The notes: a model not told the origin generated them from the letters alone. A stretch of 64,000 nucleotides of DNA from Verrucomicrobiota bacterium (GCA_039798785.1 JBDKFG010000021.1:1-64000); one strand, 5' to 3'. Shown: positions 29,500 through 38,825, counted from the first letter of the stretch. Numbers and translations: made by a program.

Positions 29500-30879
29500 T
29501 CAGGTCCGCAGCAACTCAATCGTTTCTCCCGCCAGAAGCTTCTGCGCCGCTTCGCGGGTGCTGTCGCCGGCGTCGTGAATCGCCTCGGCGAGGATCTCGG
29601 GAGGCAGGGGGCCGATGGCGGCGAGTGCGTCGAAGGCATGAAAGCGACACTTCTTGCAGGGGGCTTCTTGCCAAACCCAAAGCAGAAGCGACCGCCAGGA
29701 AGGGTGAACCCGTGAGCAGAGAGCGTTACCCCAGTTATGGGTTTTATGGAGATCCCAGGATTGTGAGCAATGGTGGATCTGAACTTCCCGGTCGATCCCG
29801 AGTCCGCGCAGGCGTCGGTGAATGAGGCGCGCCGCACGCGGAGACAATTTCGCACCCAGCATTTGCACGCCTTCGGACGCGCGATTCGCGTTCTTGAGCT
29901 TCAGGAAACGGAGGCCGAGACGGCGTACCGAAGCAAGATCGAAGTGACTCAAAGCTTGCCTAGTCAAATAGCCGAGATGTTCGCGAGATCGCGCCCATCT
30001 CAGCCAGGAGGAAACAAGGCGTGGCGCCCGGCGATGACCGAAAACGTTCATCAATTGCTCGCGAATCTTCGGACTGCCCTCCTGCTCCAGCGCTGCTTGG
30101 ATCTTGATCAGACCTCCCTCGTCCAAGGCGTTGATCCAGCGGGGGTAGAAATAGCTATTAGGCGATTCCTTGGCGAGCTGGATCAACTCTTCGGCATCGG
30201 GAGCTGCCTCCTTGGGTGAATCTGCTCTGATCGCTCCACGCGTTTCCATCTCAGTCGCTTCGTAAAATCGGCGGGCCGCGGCGCTCTCGGCGATGTACCT
30301 CCTGGCGATCTCCATCACCTTGATTTTCTTGTCTTCATCGGACCAGGAATCGATCAGCCAGGGAATCTCCGCGTCCTCGTCTTCCAGCAGCGCCTTCCCG
30401 TAGAAATCCATCAAGGCCGGCACCGCCTTTTCGGCCTCGAACTCGATCCACCAGGAGATGCCGTTGCGGGTGCTGTCGCCGATGTCGTGCAGGGCAGCGT
30501 GCGCCAAGATCGGCAAAGCCTTGGTATCGCCGGTCTGATGCATCAGCGCCAGGATCTCGAACATCTGATGCCGGGCCCAGTTGACCTTGGTGTCCCGGAT
30601 GTGGTATTGGATGCAGACACGTGCCGTCATCTGCATTCCTGCGGTCTGAATCAGGCTCCAAATCTGCTCCTGTCGCGAGTCGCACTGGCTGTCATAGGCG
30701 GGCGGATGGGTCAGCACTTCGAGAATCAGATCCTCCACTCCCTCAGCCCCGCACTGCTGCACATGCAGCACCACTCGTCCCTGACCGCAGATCAGGGCTT
30801 TGCGGAAGGCGCGACGCGACAGCGGCAGGGTGTAGGCGGGAGCGGGCGGGAGGAGTCGTTTGGGGAAAGGGTGTTTCAT
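29500..30879 (-). CDS. Hypothetical helical protein
   Basis: 459-aa ORF, no family recognised. Confidence 0.65.
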   Translation of the reverse strand: MKHPFPKRLLPPAPAYTLPLSRRAFRKALICGQGRVVLHVQQCGAEGVEDLILEVLTHPPAYDSQCDSRQEQIWSLIQTAGMQMTARVCIQYHIRDTKVNWARHQMFEILALMHQTGDTKALPILAHAALHDIGDSTRNGISWWIEFEAEKAVPALMDFYGKALLEDEDAEIPWLIDSWSDEDKKIKVMEIARRYIAESAAARRFYEATEMETRGAIRADSPKEAAPDAEELIQLAKESPNSYFYPRWINALDEGGLIKIQAALEQEGSPKIREQLMNVFGHRRAPRLVSSWLRWARSREHLGYLTRQALSHFDLASVRRLGLRFLKLKNANRASEGVQMLGAKLSPRAARLIHRRLRGLGIDREVQIHHCSQSWDLHKTHNWGNALCSRVHPSWRSLLLWVWQEAPCKKCRFHAFDALAAIGPLPPEILAEAIHDAGDSTREAAQKLLAGETIELLRT

Positions 30880-30901
30880 GGAGAATCTCGCTTGAGAATG
30901 C

Positions 30902-32059
30902 CTAGTCGGCTGCTGCGAGATCGCGGCAGGCTTCGGCCAGTGGTTTCACGAAAACATTCTTGTAGAGTTCGTAGGAGCTGGCCACCGGAGCTACGATGGT
31001 CGCGGAGACAGGCTGCAATTCCTCGACCAAATCGTGGAAGCCCCGCTCCGGTTTCGGCGCGCTGCTGAGCTTGAACTCGAAAACATGCCTCCTGCCGCCG
31101 CGCTCCAGCACCAGATCCAGCTCGGCGCCGTTGGAGGTGCGGAGATAACCCGGCTGCCACTTCGGTGCCGAGGCGATCAGGTTTTCGACGCAATGCCCCT
31201 CCCACGAAGCGCCATTGCTGGGGTGGCCAAGCAGCCGATCGTAGCCGTCGATATCAAGAAGAGCATGCAGGATGCCGCTGTCGCGCAAATAGATCTTGGG
31301 GGATTTGACCAGACGCTTTTTCAGGTTGGCTTCCACCGGCGGCAGCAAGCGGACCATGTAGGAATGCTCAAGCAGGTGCAGACAGCGCCCCAGCATCCGG
31401 GCGTCCAGTCCAGACGCCTCAGCCAGCTTGGCTTTATTGAGGATCTGCCCATGAAGATGCGCGAGGAGCAGCCACAGACGCTCCATCTGCGGCGGCGGCA
31501 GATTGATGCCTAGACGCGGCACATCGCGCTCCAGATAGGTGCGGATGTAATCCAGCCGCCAGTCGAAACTGGCTTCGTCGTCGGCGGCGCCGAGACTTTC
31601 GGGAAAACCGCCTCGCACCCACAGGGAATGAGTCAGCTCCGGATCAACCATTTCGCTGACCAGCAGCGGCGTCAGATCGAGATAGGCAATGCGGCCAGCC
31701 AAGGTCTCTGAGGACTGCTGCAGCAGCTCCCTCGACGCCGAGCCGAGAATGAGAAAACGTCCCGGCCGACGGTCCTGATCAATCTCCGAACGCAGTTCTG
31801 AAAAAATCTCCGGCAACAATTGCACCTCGTCCAGGCATACCAGCTCCTGGCGATGACGACGAAAAAACAGCTCGGGCTCGGCGAGCTTATTGAGATCGGA
31901 ACGCCGCTGCAGGTCCAGAGCCACCGCAGGCCGTCCCGCCAACAAGTACCGCGCCAAGGTCGACTTGCCGCATTGCCTCGGCCCTAGGATCGCCACGGCC
32001 GGTGACCTTGCCAAGGCCTTCTGCGCCGCTGCCTCCAATTGACGGATGATGTACTCCAT
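30902..32059 (-). CDS. AAA_14 ATPase with DUF4143 domain
   Basis: GPRQCGKST, LDEVQ, ESLAGR-like, GGFP, KSPKIY.RDSG, ELD...EFK. Confidence 0.9.
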   Translation of the reverse strand: MEYIIRQLEAAAQKALARSPAVAILGPRQCGKSTLARYLLAGRPAVALDLQRRSDLNKLAEPELFFRRHRQELVCLDEVQLLPEIFSELRSEIDQDRRPGRFLILGSASRELLQQSSETLAGRIAYLDLTPLLVSEMVDPELTHSLWVRGGFPESLGAADDEASFDWRLDYIRTYLERDVPRLGINLPPPQMERLWLLLAHLHGQILNKAKLAEASGLDARMLGRCLHLLEHSYMVRLLPPVEANLKKRLVKSPKIYLRDSGILHALLDIDGYDRLLGHPSNGASWEGHCVENLIASAPKWQPGYLRTSNGAELDLVLERGGRRHVFEFKLSSAPKPERGFHDLVEELQPVSATIVAPVASSYELYKNVFVKPLAEACRDLAAAD

Positions 32060-32189
32060 GATCCCCCCCCTCGCGCCCTAGGTTTTGAAATGCCGAAGAT
32101 TACAATATCCATGTAATTTATGCATTCAATGCAGCAATTACATGGTTAATTATATCAGCGAAACCACTCACCTCATACTAGATTCCCAC

Positions 32190-32313
32190 TTGGCCGTCCG
32201 GCATCCTGCTGGCTGTTGGATGTGGCTCGATCATCCCGATCGAAGGAGCGGCAGCACCGCACGGAGTGCGGCGGCCCCAGGGGAACAAGCCGGCGGGACG
32301 CCAGCGATCCAGT
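32190..32313. repeat. Empty REP-like inverted pair
   Basis: ggctgttggatgtggctcgatcat (compare 14658-14683) and agccggcgggacgccagcgatccagt (compare 15292-15317). Confidence 0.75.
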
Positions 32314-32321
32314 AGGTGAGC

Positions 32322-32963
32322 TCAGCATCGCCGGAACGCCTCTCCCGTGAACTTCAGCACCGCCTGGCCGCGCTCGAGTTCGTTGTGCTCCTGCCAGGCT
32401 TGCTGGCGGGCGCTGTCGCGGGTGCCGGCGTTGCGGGCGTCGACGAGGGCCTGCAAGCGTGCAAGGGCGACGCGGCGGTTCTGCGTCTGCGAACGCTCGC
32501 CCGAGGCCTGCGCCACCAAACCGCCGGGCAGCCAACGGGCGCGGATGGCGGAGTCGGTTTTGTTGACGTGCTGGCCGCCGGGACCGGAGGCGCGACAGGC
32601 CTCGAAAACCACCTCGCGGGGATCGAGACGGATCTCGTCGACCGAGGGCAGCAGCGCCACGCCGAAGAACCAGTTCTTGCGGGCATGGGTGGGACGAAAG
32701 GGGCTGCGGCAAACCCATTGGTGGCTACCGCAAAGCCCCTGCGACCAGGTCCGCAGTTTTGCGGCGTCCGCAAGACTCGCTTCGATCTCGATCAAGGCGG
32801 AGAGAAGGCAGTCCTTTTCGCGAGGTCCGGCCTCGGCCTCGACCAGGTCGCAGTTCCAGCCCTGACGCTGAGCTTCCTTGGTGAGGAAGCGCAGCATGTG
32901 GGCGACGGCGCGCTGGCACTCGGCGGGGCCGCGTCCGGAGGTGATTTGCATCAGCACTTGCAT
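32322..32963 (-). CDS. prfH: Peptide chain release factor H
   Basis: QITSGRGPAEC, SPFRP.H.RKNWF, SGPGGQHVNKT, ERSQ.QNR. Confidence 0.95.
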   Translation of the reverse strand: MQVLMQITSGRGPAECQRAVAHMLRFLTKEAQRQGWNCDLVEAEAGPREKDCLLSALIEIEASLADAAKLRTWSQGLCGSHQWVCRSPFRPTHARKNWFFGVALLPSVDEIRLDPREVVFEACRASGPGGQHVNKTDSAIRARWLPGGLVAQASGERSQTQNRRVALARLQALVDARNAGTRDSARQQAWQEHNELERGQAVLKFTGEAFRRC

Positions 32964-34075
32964 CGGCTGCGTCCTCCGTCGGTCTTGTAGGTGAGCACGG
33001 GTCGCATGATCGCGACGACGCGGACGAGTCCGGCGTCGACGAGGTCTTGGATGACGCCGTCGATGTCCTTGTAGGCTTCGGGGGCCTCTTCGTAGAGGAG
33101 GTCCTTGTTGTCGCAGAGGACGCGGCTGCCGAGCTTGGTCTTGAGCAGGCCTTCCGGCGAGAAGCGTTTCTCGAGGCGGGCGCGGGTGGAGCCGCGGTCC
33201 CAGCGGCGTCCGGCACCGTGGGCGAGGGACCAGCCGTGATCGACGCTGTTGCTGACCGGATGGACGATGGTGGAGAAGTCGCCGCGCGAGCCGGGAATGA
33301 GGACAAAATCCTGGTCGGACGGAGCGGCGCCCTTGCGGTGGATCCAGCCTTGCGGCGTGCGGGTGACGGAGTTGTGGGTCATGTCGCAGAGCTGCGTCCC
33401 TTCGGCGCCGATGGCGTCGAGGAAACGCCGGGCGATGAGCCGACGGTTGGCACGGGCGAAGAAGAGGCCTTCGTCGTGACGGCGCAGGTAGTCGCGTCCG
33501 AGCGCGGAGTCGTCGGCGAGGCCGTTGCCGCCGAAGACGTCGGTATGCGAACGCAGGATGGCTTCGCCGAGGCCGCGGGAGCCGGAGTGGACCATCAGCT
33601 GCAGGTTTTCCGCCACCAGGCCGAGTCGCTGCGCCAGCTCGGGATCGAGGATCTCCTCGACCTTTTGCAGCTCGGCGAAGTGGTTGCCGCCGCCGATGGT
33701 GCCGAGCGCGTCGGTCCATTCGGGCAGGCCTTGTTCAGCGACGAAGGCATCGCGATCGCCTTCCCAAGGAAGGTCGAGAGACAGCTTCTTGAGCCATTTG
33801 TCGACCTTGGTCTTGTGGACGGGCAAGGAGCTCTGCCAGAGGCCCATGCCGCAACCGATGTCGTTGCCGACGAGGTGCGGGTAGACGAGCCCTTCGGTGA
33901 GGATGGCGGCACCGACGGGAATGCCTTTGCCGGGGTGCAGGTCAGGCAGGCCGATGGCGGCGGTGACGCCGGGCAGGGTGGCGGAGTGTTTCAGTTGTTG
34001 GATGGCGGCGCCTTCGATCCAGGATGTGGACGAGGCGTAGAGGCGAACTTTGTCGCCGAAGATTTGCGGTAAAAT
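32951..34075 (-). CDS. rtcB: RtcB-family RNA ligase (RtcB2 type), probable ATT start
   Basis: Frame extends upstream of the track's Met through WIEGAA.QQL, PDLHPGKG.PVG and GNDIGCG; GGGNHF, HSGSRG, HN, HRKGA, SLAHGAGR; ATT lies 8 nt after AGGAG. Confidence 0.9.
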   Translation of the reverse strand: MLPQIFGDKVRLYASSTSWIEGAAIQQLKHSATLPGVTAAIGLPDLHPGKGIPVGAAILTEGLVYPHLVGNDIGCGMGLWQSSLPVHKTKVDKWLKKLSLDLPWEGDRDAFVAEQGLPEWTDALGTIGGGNHFAELQKVEEILDPELAQRLGLVAENLQLMVHSGSRGLGEAILRSHTDVFGGNGLADDSALGRDYLRRHDEGLFFARANRRLIARRFLDAIGAEGTQLCDMTHNSVTRTPQGWIHRKGAAPSDQDFVLIPGSRGDFSTIVHPVSNSVDHGWSLAHGAGRRWDRGSTRARLEKRFSPEGLLKTKLGSRVLCDNKDLLYEEAPEAYKDIDGVIQDLVDAGLVRVVAIMRPVLTYKTDGGRSRCKC

Positions 34076-34203
34076 AAGACAGTCTCCTGAGGAGGGGGAA
34101 CGGGGTCCCGGTCACTCAGGAATCGAGATCAAACTGGGGCATCCGGGAAGCGGCCGTGGCGGCTTATTCGGAGCGGCATCTGAGCAAGGAAACCTGAGAC
34201 CGG

Positions 34204-34263
34204 TCAGTGGGTCGCCTGGCGTGAAACGGAGGCGGCGGCAGTTGCAGTAGTGATTGAGGTCAT
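34204..34263 (-). CDS. Putative leader peptide MTSITTATAAASVSRQATH
   Basis: CAGGAG-7nt-ATG, 19 codons, TGA; lies between the promoter and rtcB. Confidence 0.7.
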   Translation of the reverse strand: MTSITTATAAASVSRQATH

Positions 34264-34339
34264 GGGGAGTCTCCTGGGGGAAGGGGTTTGTGGGGTGTGA
34301 GCGCCAGTCGTGAATGCAGGTCACAGGGTCATGCTTGGC

Positions 34340-34368
34340 ATTGTAGCGAGTTTTTGCGGCGGGCGCAA
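34340..34368 (-). promoter_or_regulatory. Sigma70-type promoter for leader-rtcB-prfH
   Basis: TTGCGC-17nt-TACAAT on the minus strand. Confidence 0.65.
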
Positions 34369-34386
34369 GGAAGCAATCACACAATC

Positions 34387-34638
34387 TCAGGGACCCGGAA
34401 CTCGCCACAGATCCATCACATACCAGTTTATGAGTTTTTCCGCTTCCGGGAAATTCTTATAAACACAAACAATTGGACCATAAAAAATTATAGCACACTT
34501 CTCAAGAGACGGAAAAACCGCCACAAGCCACATTACCGGCCCGATTGACAAAGGATACAGAATCAGCGCGCCCAGCAACCACCCATGCCAGTTCGAAGAG
34601 GATTCCGAGGGCTTATCATCTGACGGCTTCGTCTCCAT
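34387..34638 (-). CDS. Small membrane protein, low GC
   Basis: 83 aa; LYPLSIGPV..L and FYGPI pattern; starts 1 nt after the upstream stop. Confidence 0.65.
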   Translation of the reverse strand: METKPSDDKPSESSSNWHGWLLGALILYPLSIGPVMWLVAVFPSLEKCAIIFYGPIVCVYKNFPEAEKLINWYVMDLWRVPGP

Positions 34639-34639
34639 C

Positions 34640-36448
34640 TCATCCCGCCGCTTTCGGCAGGTTTCTGCCGGCGCCGGCGTAGAGGCGGGGGACGAGGTAT
34701 TTGAGGACCGAGGCGGTGGGGATGGCGAAGAGGGCGCCGGCGACGCCGGCGAAGATGCCGCCGAGGAGGACGGCCATGATGATTTCGAGGAAGCTGAGGT
34801 TGAGGGAGGTGCCGACGAAGCGGGGGTAGAGGACGATCCATTCGAAGGTCCAGATCACCAGGTAGATCAAGGTGACGGCGCCGAGGAAGAGAAGGAAGGA
34901 GGTGTCGGCGCTGCCGCTGACGAGGATGCAGATGAGCATGGTGGCGCTATAGCTGACGGCGGGGCCGATCTGGGGGATGAAGACCTGGAGTCCGGCGAGG
35001 AGGGCGAGGGGGAAGGCGTGGGGAACGCCGACGAGGGAGAAGAGAATGAGATAGATCGGGGTTTCGATGATGCAGATGGTGACGAATCCGCGAGCCCAGG
35101 CTTCGAGGCGGCGGATGATTTCGTCGAGGGCTTCGGCGGCTTCGCTTTTGGTGCTGGCGCGGAGGCGGGGCATCCATTCCGACTCAAACACCGTGGCGGC
35201 GAAGTACTGGCCGAGCGAGCGCGAGCCTTCCTGCGGCACCTGGAAATGGGCGAGTTTGATCAGGAAGAAGAGGAAGGAGAAGAAGGCGAGGAAGGCGTGG
35301 AGGCAGCAGGCGCCGAGGTTGGAAAGAGCGAAGTTGACCAGGCCGCCGTTGCCGTCGGCGCCGTACATCAGGCGGTCGTAGAGGCGATTGCGATTGGCGG
35401 GATCATCGAGATAGCCGGCGAGGCCGGAGAGCCACGGGAGGTGGCCGATCTTCTCGTTGAAGCGACTGATCTTATCGCCTAGGTAGGCGCCGAGGTCGCG
35501 GTCGATGTCGGCGCGTCCGGGTTCTTCACCGGAGACGACTTCGATCTTCGACTCTTTTTTGTATTTCTGGAAGTCGAGGCGGGCGCTGTCGAACCAGGGG
35601 GAGGAGACGACGACGCTGATGAAGATGAGGCCGGCGAGGCCGGCGGCGAGGGTGGCGACAGTGAGGATGACGGATTGCTTGGCGAGGCGGTCTTCGGGGC
35701 GGCGTTCTTCTTGGATTTCGCGGAGGCGGCGGCCGTGCCAGAGGGAGCGGACGAGATCGACGAGGAAGCGCAGCGGGATGAGGCCGGGGAGGAGGAGTTT
35801 GAAGACCAGTTGCGCCGGCCGGCTGGGGAGGAGCCGGCGAGCATACCAGCGTTGGAGGGGGAGGCAGAGGCAGGCGAGGGTGAGTCCGACGAGGACGCCG
35901 GTGAGGTAGGTGGCGACGAGGAGGAGGAGTCCGAGGACGGCGGCGACGGCGGCGAGGCCGGCCATCGACAAGGCGTTGCCGCGCTGCCGCATCGCCTCGT
36001 CGGCGTTGGTGAGTTCCTCTTCGAGGGCTTCGGGCTCGAGCTCCAGGCCGCTGGCGACGGCGGCGAGGATCTCGCGCTCCCGGGGGTTGAGATTGTTGTC
36101 GTGGTAGGCGGCGGTCACCAAGGCATGGAGGATGGCGCGACGGTCGTCGGGAGAAACCGGAAGGAGGGGCGGGCAAAGCTCGGCGACGCTGAGAGGAGAG
36201 GCGGAGGCGAGTTCGACGTTGAAGATCTCGGCGACCTTCGGTCCGAAGCGTTCGCTAAGCTGGCGGGTGATGGCGGGGGCGGCGAGAGCGCCGTCACCGG
36301 CGGCGCGGACGAGGAGGACGAAGAGCCGGGCGGTGGCCTCGGCGGCAGCGCGACGCTCGTCGGCACTGAGACGACCGAAGCCTTCGCGCAAGCGGGCGAA
36401 GGCTCCTTTGACCGGGTCGGCCAGGCGGGTGAGGTGGGAAATGGCCAT
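34640..36448 (-). CDS. AI-2E family transporter with N-terminal TerB-like domain
   Basis: FIPQIGP, LYPRFVG.SLNL, LLGG.FAG.AGALFAIP; AYHDNNLNPREREIL TerB-like motif; TGATG overlap with the MBL gene. Confidence 0.85.
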   Translation of the reverse strand: MAISHLTRLADPVKGAFARLREGFGRLSADERRAAAEATARLFVLLVRAAGDGALAAPAITRQLSERFGPKVAEIFNVELASASPLSVAELCPPLLPVSPDDRRAILHALVTAAYHDNNLNPREREILAAVASGLELEPEALEEELTNADEAMRQRGNALSMAGLAAVAAVLGLLLLVATYLTGVLVGLTLACLCLPLQRWYARRLLPSRPAQLVFKLLLPGLIPLRFLVDLVRSLWHGRRLREIQEERRPEDRLAKQSVILTVATLAAGLAGLIFISVVVSSPWFDSARLDFQKYKKESKIEVVSGEEPGRADIDRDLGAYLGDKISRFNEKIGHLPWLSGLAGYLDDPANRNRLYDRLMYGADGNGGLVNFALSNLGACCLHAFLAFFSFLFFLIKLAHFQVPQEGSRSLGQYFAATVFESEWMPRLRASTKSEAAEALDEIIRRLEAWARGFVTICIIETPIYLILFSLVGVPHAFPLALLAGLQVFIPQIGPAVSYSATMLICILVSGSADTSFLLFLGAVTLIYLVIWTFEWIVLYPRFVGTSLNLSFLEIIMAVLLGGIFAGVAGALFAIPTASVLKYLVPRLYAGAGRNLPKAAG

Positions 36449-37347
36449 CAGAGCTGCAAGGTCAGACCTTCGCGGGCCCAAAGGATCTCCATCGGCGGCG
36501 TCGCCTCCTTGTAGCGTTTGATGAATTCGCTGCTCAAGGTATCGAGGAAGCTGTCGGTGTGCATCGGGTCGTGGTGGTAGACGGCGAGGTGCTTGACCCC
36601 GGCCTTGTGAGCGATGCGGCTGAGGAGGGAGACGGTGGTGTGGCCCCAGCCGACCTTGCTGCGGTACTCCTCGTCGGTGTACTGGCCGTCGGCGATGAGG
36701 AGATCGGCGCCGCGGATGAATTCGAGATAGGCCTTGCCGATTTCCGACCCCGGGAGCGGGTTTCCTTCAGCGTCGAACTGGCAATTGAGCTCGTTGTCGG
36801 TGGCATAGACGAGGCGGGTACCGTCTTTCTCAAGACGGAAGGCGATCGAGCCGCCGGGGTGGTCCATTTCCTGGAAACTGACCTGAACCCCGTCGACCTG
36901 GACGCAGCTATGGGTGCGGATGGTGTCGGCGCTGATCGGGTGGACGGCGAGGTCGGAGCCGAGGGCGGACATCGGGACCGGAAAATAATTCGAGTCCATC
37001 TGGCCGGAGAGGACCGATTCGAGCATGACGTCGCGTTTCTCCTGCCCCCAGATGTTGAGGCGGAAGCGGGGCGAGTACGCAGGCTGGAAGAAGGGCATGC
37101 CTTGGATGTGATCCCAGTGAGTGTGCGAGAGGAAGAGATTGATCTCGGTCTTGCCTGCGGAGGGCGATCCGGCCATGATCTCGACTCCGAGGCCGCGGAT
37201 GCCGGTGCCGGCGTCGAAGATGAAGTGGCGATCGCCCCAGACGACGTTGACGCAGGAGGTGTTGCCTCCGTATTTTTCGGTCGAGCGTCCGGGCGTGGCG
37301 ATGGAGCCGCGGGTGCCCCAGAAGGTGATCAGAGGTCGGCTGCTCAC
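36448..37347 (-). CDS. MBL-fold metallo-hydrolase
   Basis: FWGTRGS, YGGNTSC, DAGTG, SHTHWDHIQG, YATD.E, GWGH, HHDP. Confidence 0.92.
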   Translation of the reverse strand: MSSRPLITFWGTRGSIATPGRSTEKYGGNTSCVNVVWGDRHFIFDAGTGIRGLGVEIMAGSPSAGKTEINLFLSHTHWDHIQGMPFFQPAYSPRFRLNIWGQEKRDVMLESVLSGQMDSNYFPVPMSALGSDLAVHPISADTIRTHSCVQVDGVQVSFQEMDHPGGSIAFRLEKDGTRLVYATDNELNCQFDAEGNPLPGSEIGKAYLEFIRGADLLIADGQYTDEEYRSKVGWGHTTVSLLSRIAHKAGVKHLAVYHHDPMHTDSFLDTLSSEFIKRYKEATPPMEILWAREGLTLQL

Positions 37348-37736
37348 TGCATCAGCTCCTCGCGTTCGGAATAAACCATGCGGGTATCACCGATCTGGAT
37401 CAGATCCTGCTGCCGGAGGATGCATTTGGCGATACGGGTGCCGTTGACATAGGTGCCGTTGGTCGAGCCGGTGTCCTCAACCACGAATTCCTCGCCGGCG
37501 GAATAGATCTTGGCGTGATGGCGGGAGACGTTGCTGTAGGGAAAGGTGAGAGTGTTGTCCTCGGTGCGCCCGATGATCACGGCAGCCTCGCTCACCTTGT
37601 GTAGAAGTTTGCGGCCATCCGGGTAGGTGATGTCGAGATAAGCGACGCGACGGCGGCGCACGCCCTGGAGCACCGCGGTCCGGGACATGGCGATTGTACG
37701 GCTGTCGGTGGTTTCAGGATGATCGGACATGGACAT
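37344..37736 (-). CDS. FHA domain protein
   Basis: IGR, VSRHHA, D.GSTNGTYVNG; GTGA overlap with the MBL gene. Confidence 0.92.
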   Translation of the reverse strand: MSMSDHPETTDSRTIAMSRTAVLQGVRRRRVAYLDITYPDGRKLLHKVSEAAVIIGRTEDNTLTFPYSNVSRHHAKIYSAGEEFVVEDTGSTNGTYVNGTRIAKCILRQQDLIQIGDTRMVYSEREELMQ

Positions 37737-37754
37737 CTCCGGAAAGTTTGGGGC

Positions 37755-38825
37755 TCAAAGACGGGAAAGCTTGTCGAGGAGCCCGGGACTTGTCTTCATC
37801 CAATTATAAGCGTCGGAAAGGATCGCCGCAAGGTTTTTTCGCGGCAACCAGCCACTAAGTGCTGAAATCTCTTGGTTATCGGCCACGAAACACGGGATAT
37901 CGGCGTAGCGGTTGGCCGGATCGGAGCCGATTTCCGGACCTTCGCCGCAAAGTTCGCGGCACCAGGCGGTGAGTTCTGCGAGGGATGCGCTGTTGGCCAG
38001 ACCACCGCCGGCGTTGAGGGCCCGGTTTTGCAGGAGGCCGGGAGAAGCGAGAAGACGGAGCACCAGTTCAGCCATGTCGTCGGCATGGAGGAAGTCGCGG
38101 ACTTGGCGGCCGCTGCCCCCCCAGCCGATGTAGCGGAGGGGACGTTTGAAGATGTGATTGAGCAGCCACCAGGTGAGGATGCCTTGGTCGGCGCGGCCGA
38201 ATTGCCAGGGGCCGGCGAGGACGCCGAAGCGGATGCAGTCGACCGGGAAGGCGCCGGCGTGGGCGTATTCGGCGAGAACCTGCTCGGCGGCGAACTTGCT
38301 GGCGCCGTAGTAGGACTTGGAACCGGAGGTGGAGAAGTTCGAGGCGATGCCGGCAGCGCTGACCCCGGGCTGCGACTGGAGCGCGGCGAAAGCCAGGCGC
38401 GAAGGGCTTTCCTTCAAGGAGCAGGCGCGCAGCGCCTCGACGCCGTAGACCCGGCTGGAGGAGAGAAAGACGAGATGGGCGCCGTGACGGCGGCAGGCTT
38501 CGGCGCAGTTGAGCGCCCCGCCGAGATTGGTCGCGATGACGTAGCCGGGACCGCCGCCGCCGCTGCCGGCGAGGACCGAGGGTTCCGCCGAGGCTTCGAC
38601 CAAGGCGTCGAAACGACCCAGCGCCTCGAGATCCTGGGTCTGGCGGACGTCGCCATGGACGAAGCGGACACCGCCGGCGGCGAGGCGGGCAAGGTTCTCT
38701 TCCGATCCCCGGCGCAAGAGGTTGTCGAAAGCGATGACTTCACAGTCGAGCCAGGCGGCTTTTGCCGCCAGACAGATGTGGGAACCGGCAAAACCGGCGC
38801 CGCCGGTGACTACGAGACGCTTCAT
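37755..38825 (-). CDS. NAD-dependent nucleotide-sugar epimerase/dehydratase (CDP-paratose 2-epimerase-like)
   Basis: TGGAGFAG, DNL.RRGS, YGASK, G.QVRD.LH. Confidence 0.88.
   Translation of the reverse strand: MKRLVVTGGAGFAGSHICLAAKAAWLDCEVIAFDNLLRRGSEENLARLAAGGVRFVHGDVRQTQDLEALGRFDALVEASAEPSVLAGSGGGGPGYVIATNLGGALNCAEACRRHGAHLVFLSSSRVYGVEALRACSLKESPSRLAFAALQSQPGVSAAGIASNFSTSGSKSYYGASKFAAEQVLAEYAHAGAFPVDCIRFGVLAGPWQFGRADQGILTWWLLNHIFKRPLRYIGWGGSGRQVRDFLHADDMAELVLRLLASPGLLQNRALNAGGGLANSASLAELTAWCRELCGEGPEIGSDPANRYADIPCFVADNQEISALSGWLPRKNLAAILSDAYNWMKTSPGLLDKLSRL

Noticed and set aside
32964..33719. 465-aa ORF suggesting an extended PrfH or an RtcB-PrfH fusion
   Set aside because: The extension is an Arg/Pro-rich alternate frame of rtcB; PrfH homology begins at 32963
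34112..34408. 98-aa minus-strand ORF in frame with rtcB
   Set aside because: No SD, starts inside the upstream gene and spans the predicted promoter; the 19-aa leader in another frame has the clear SD
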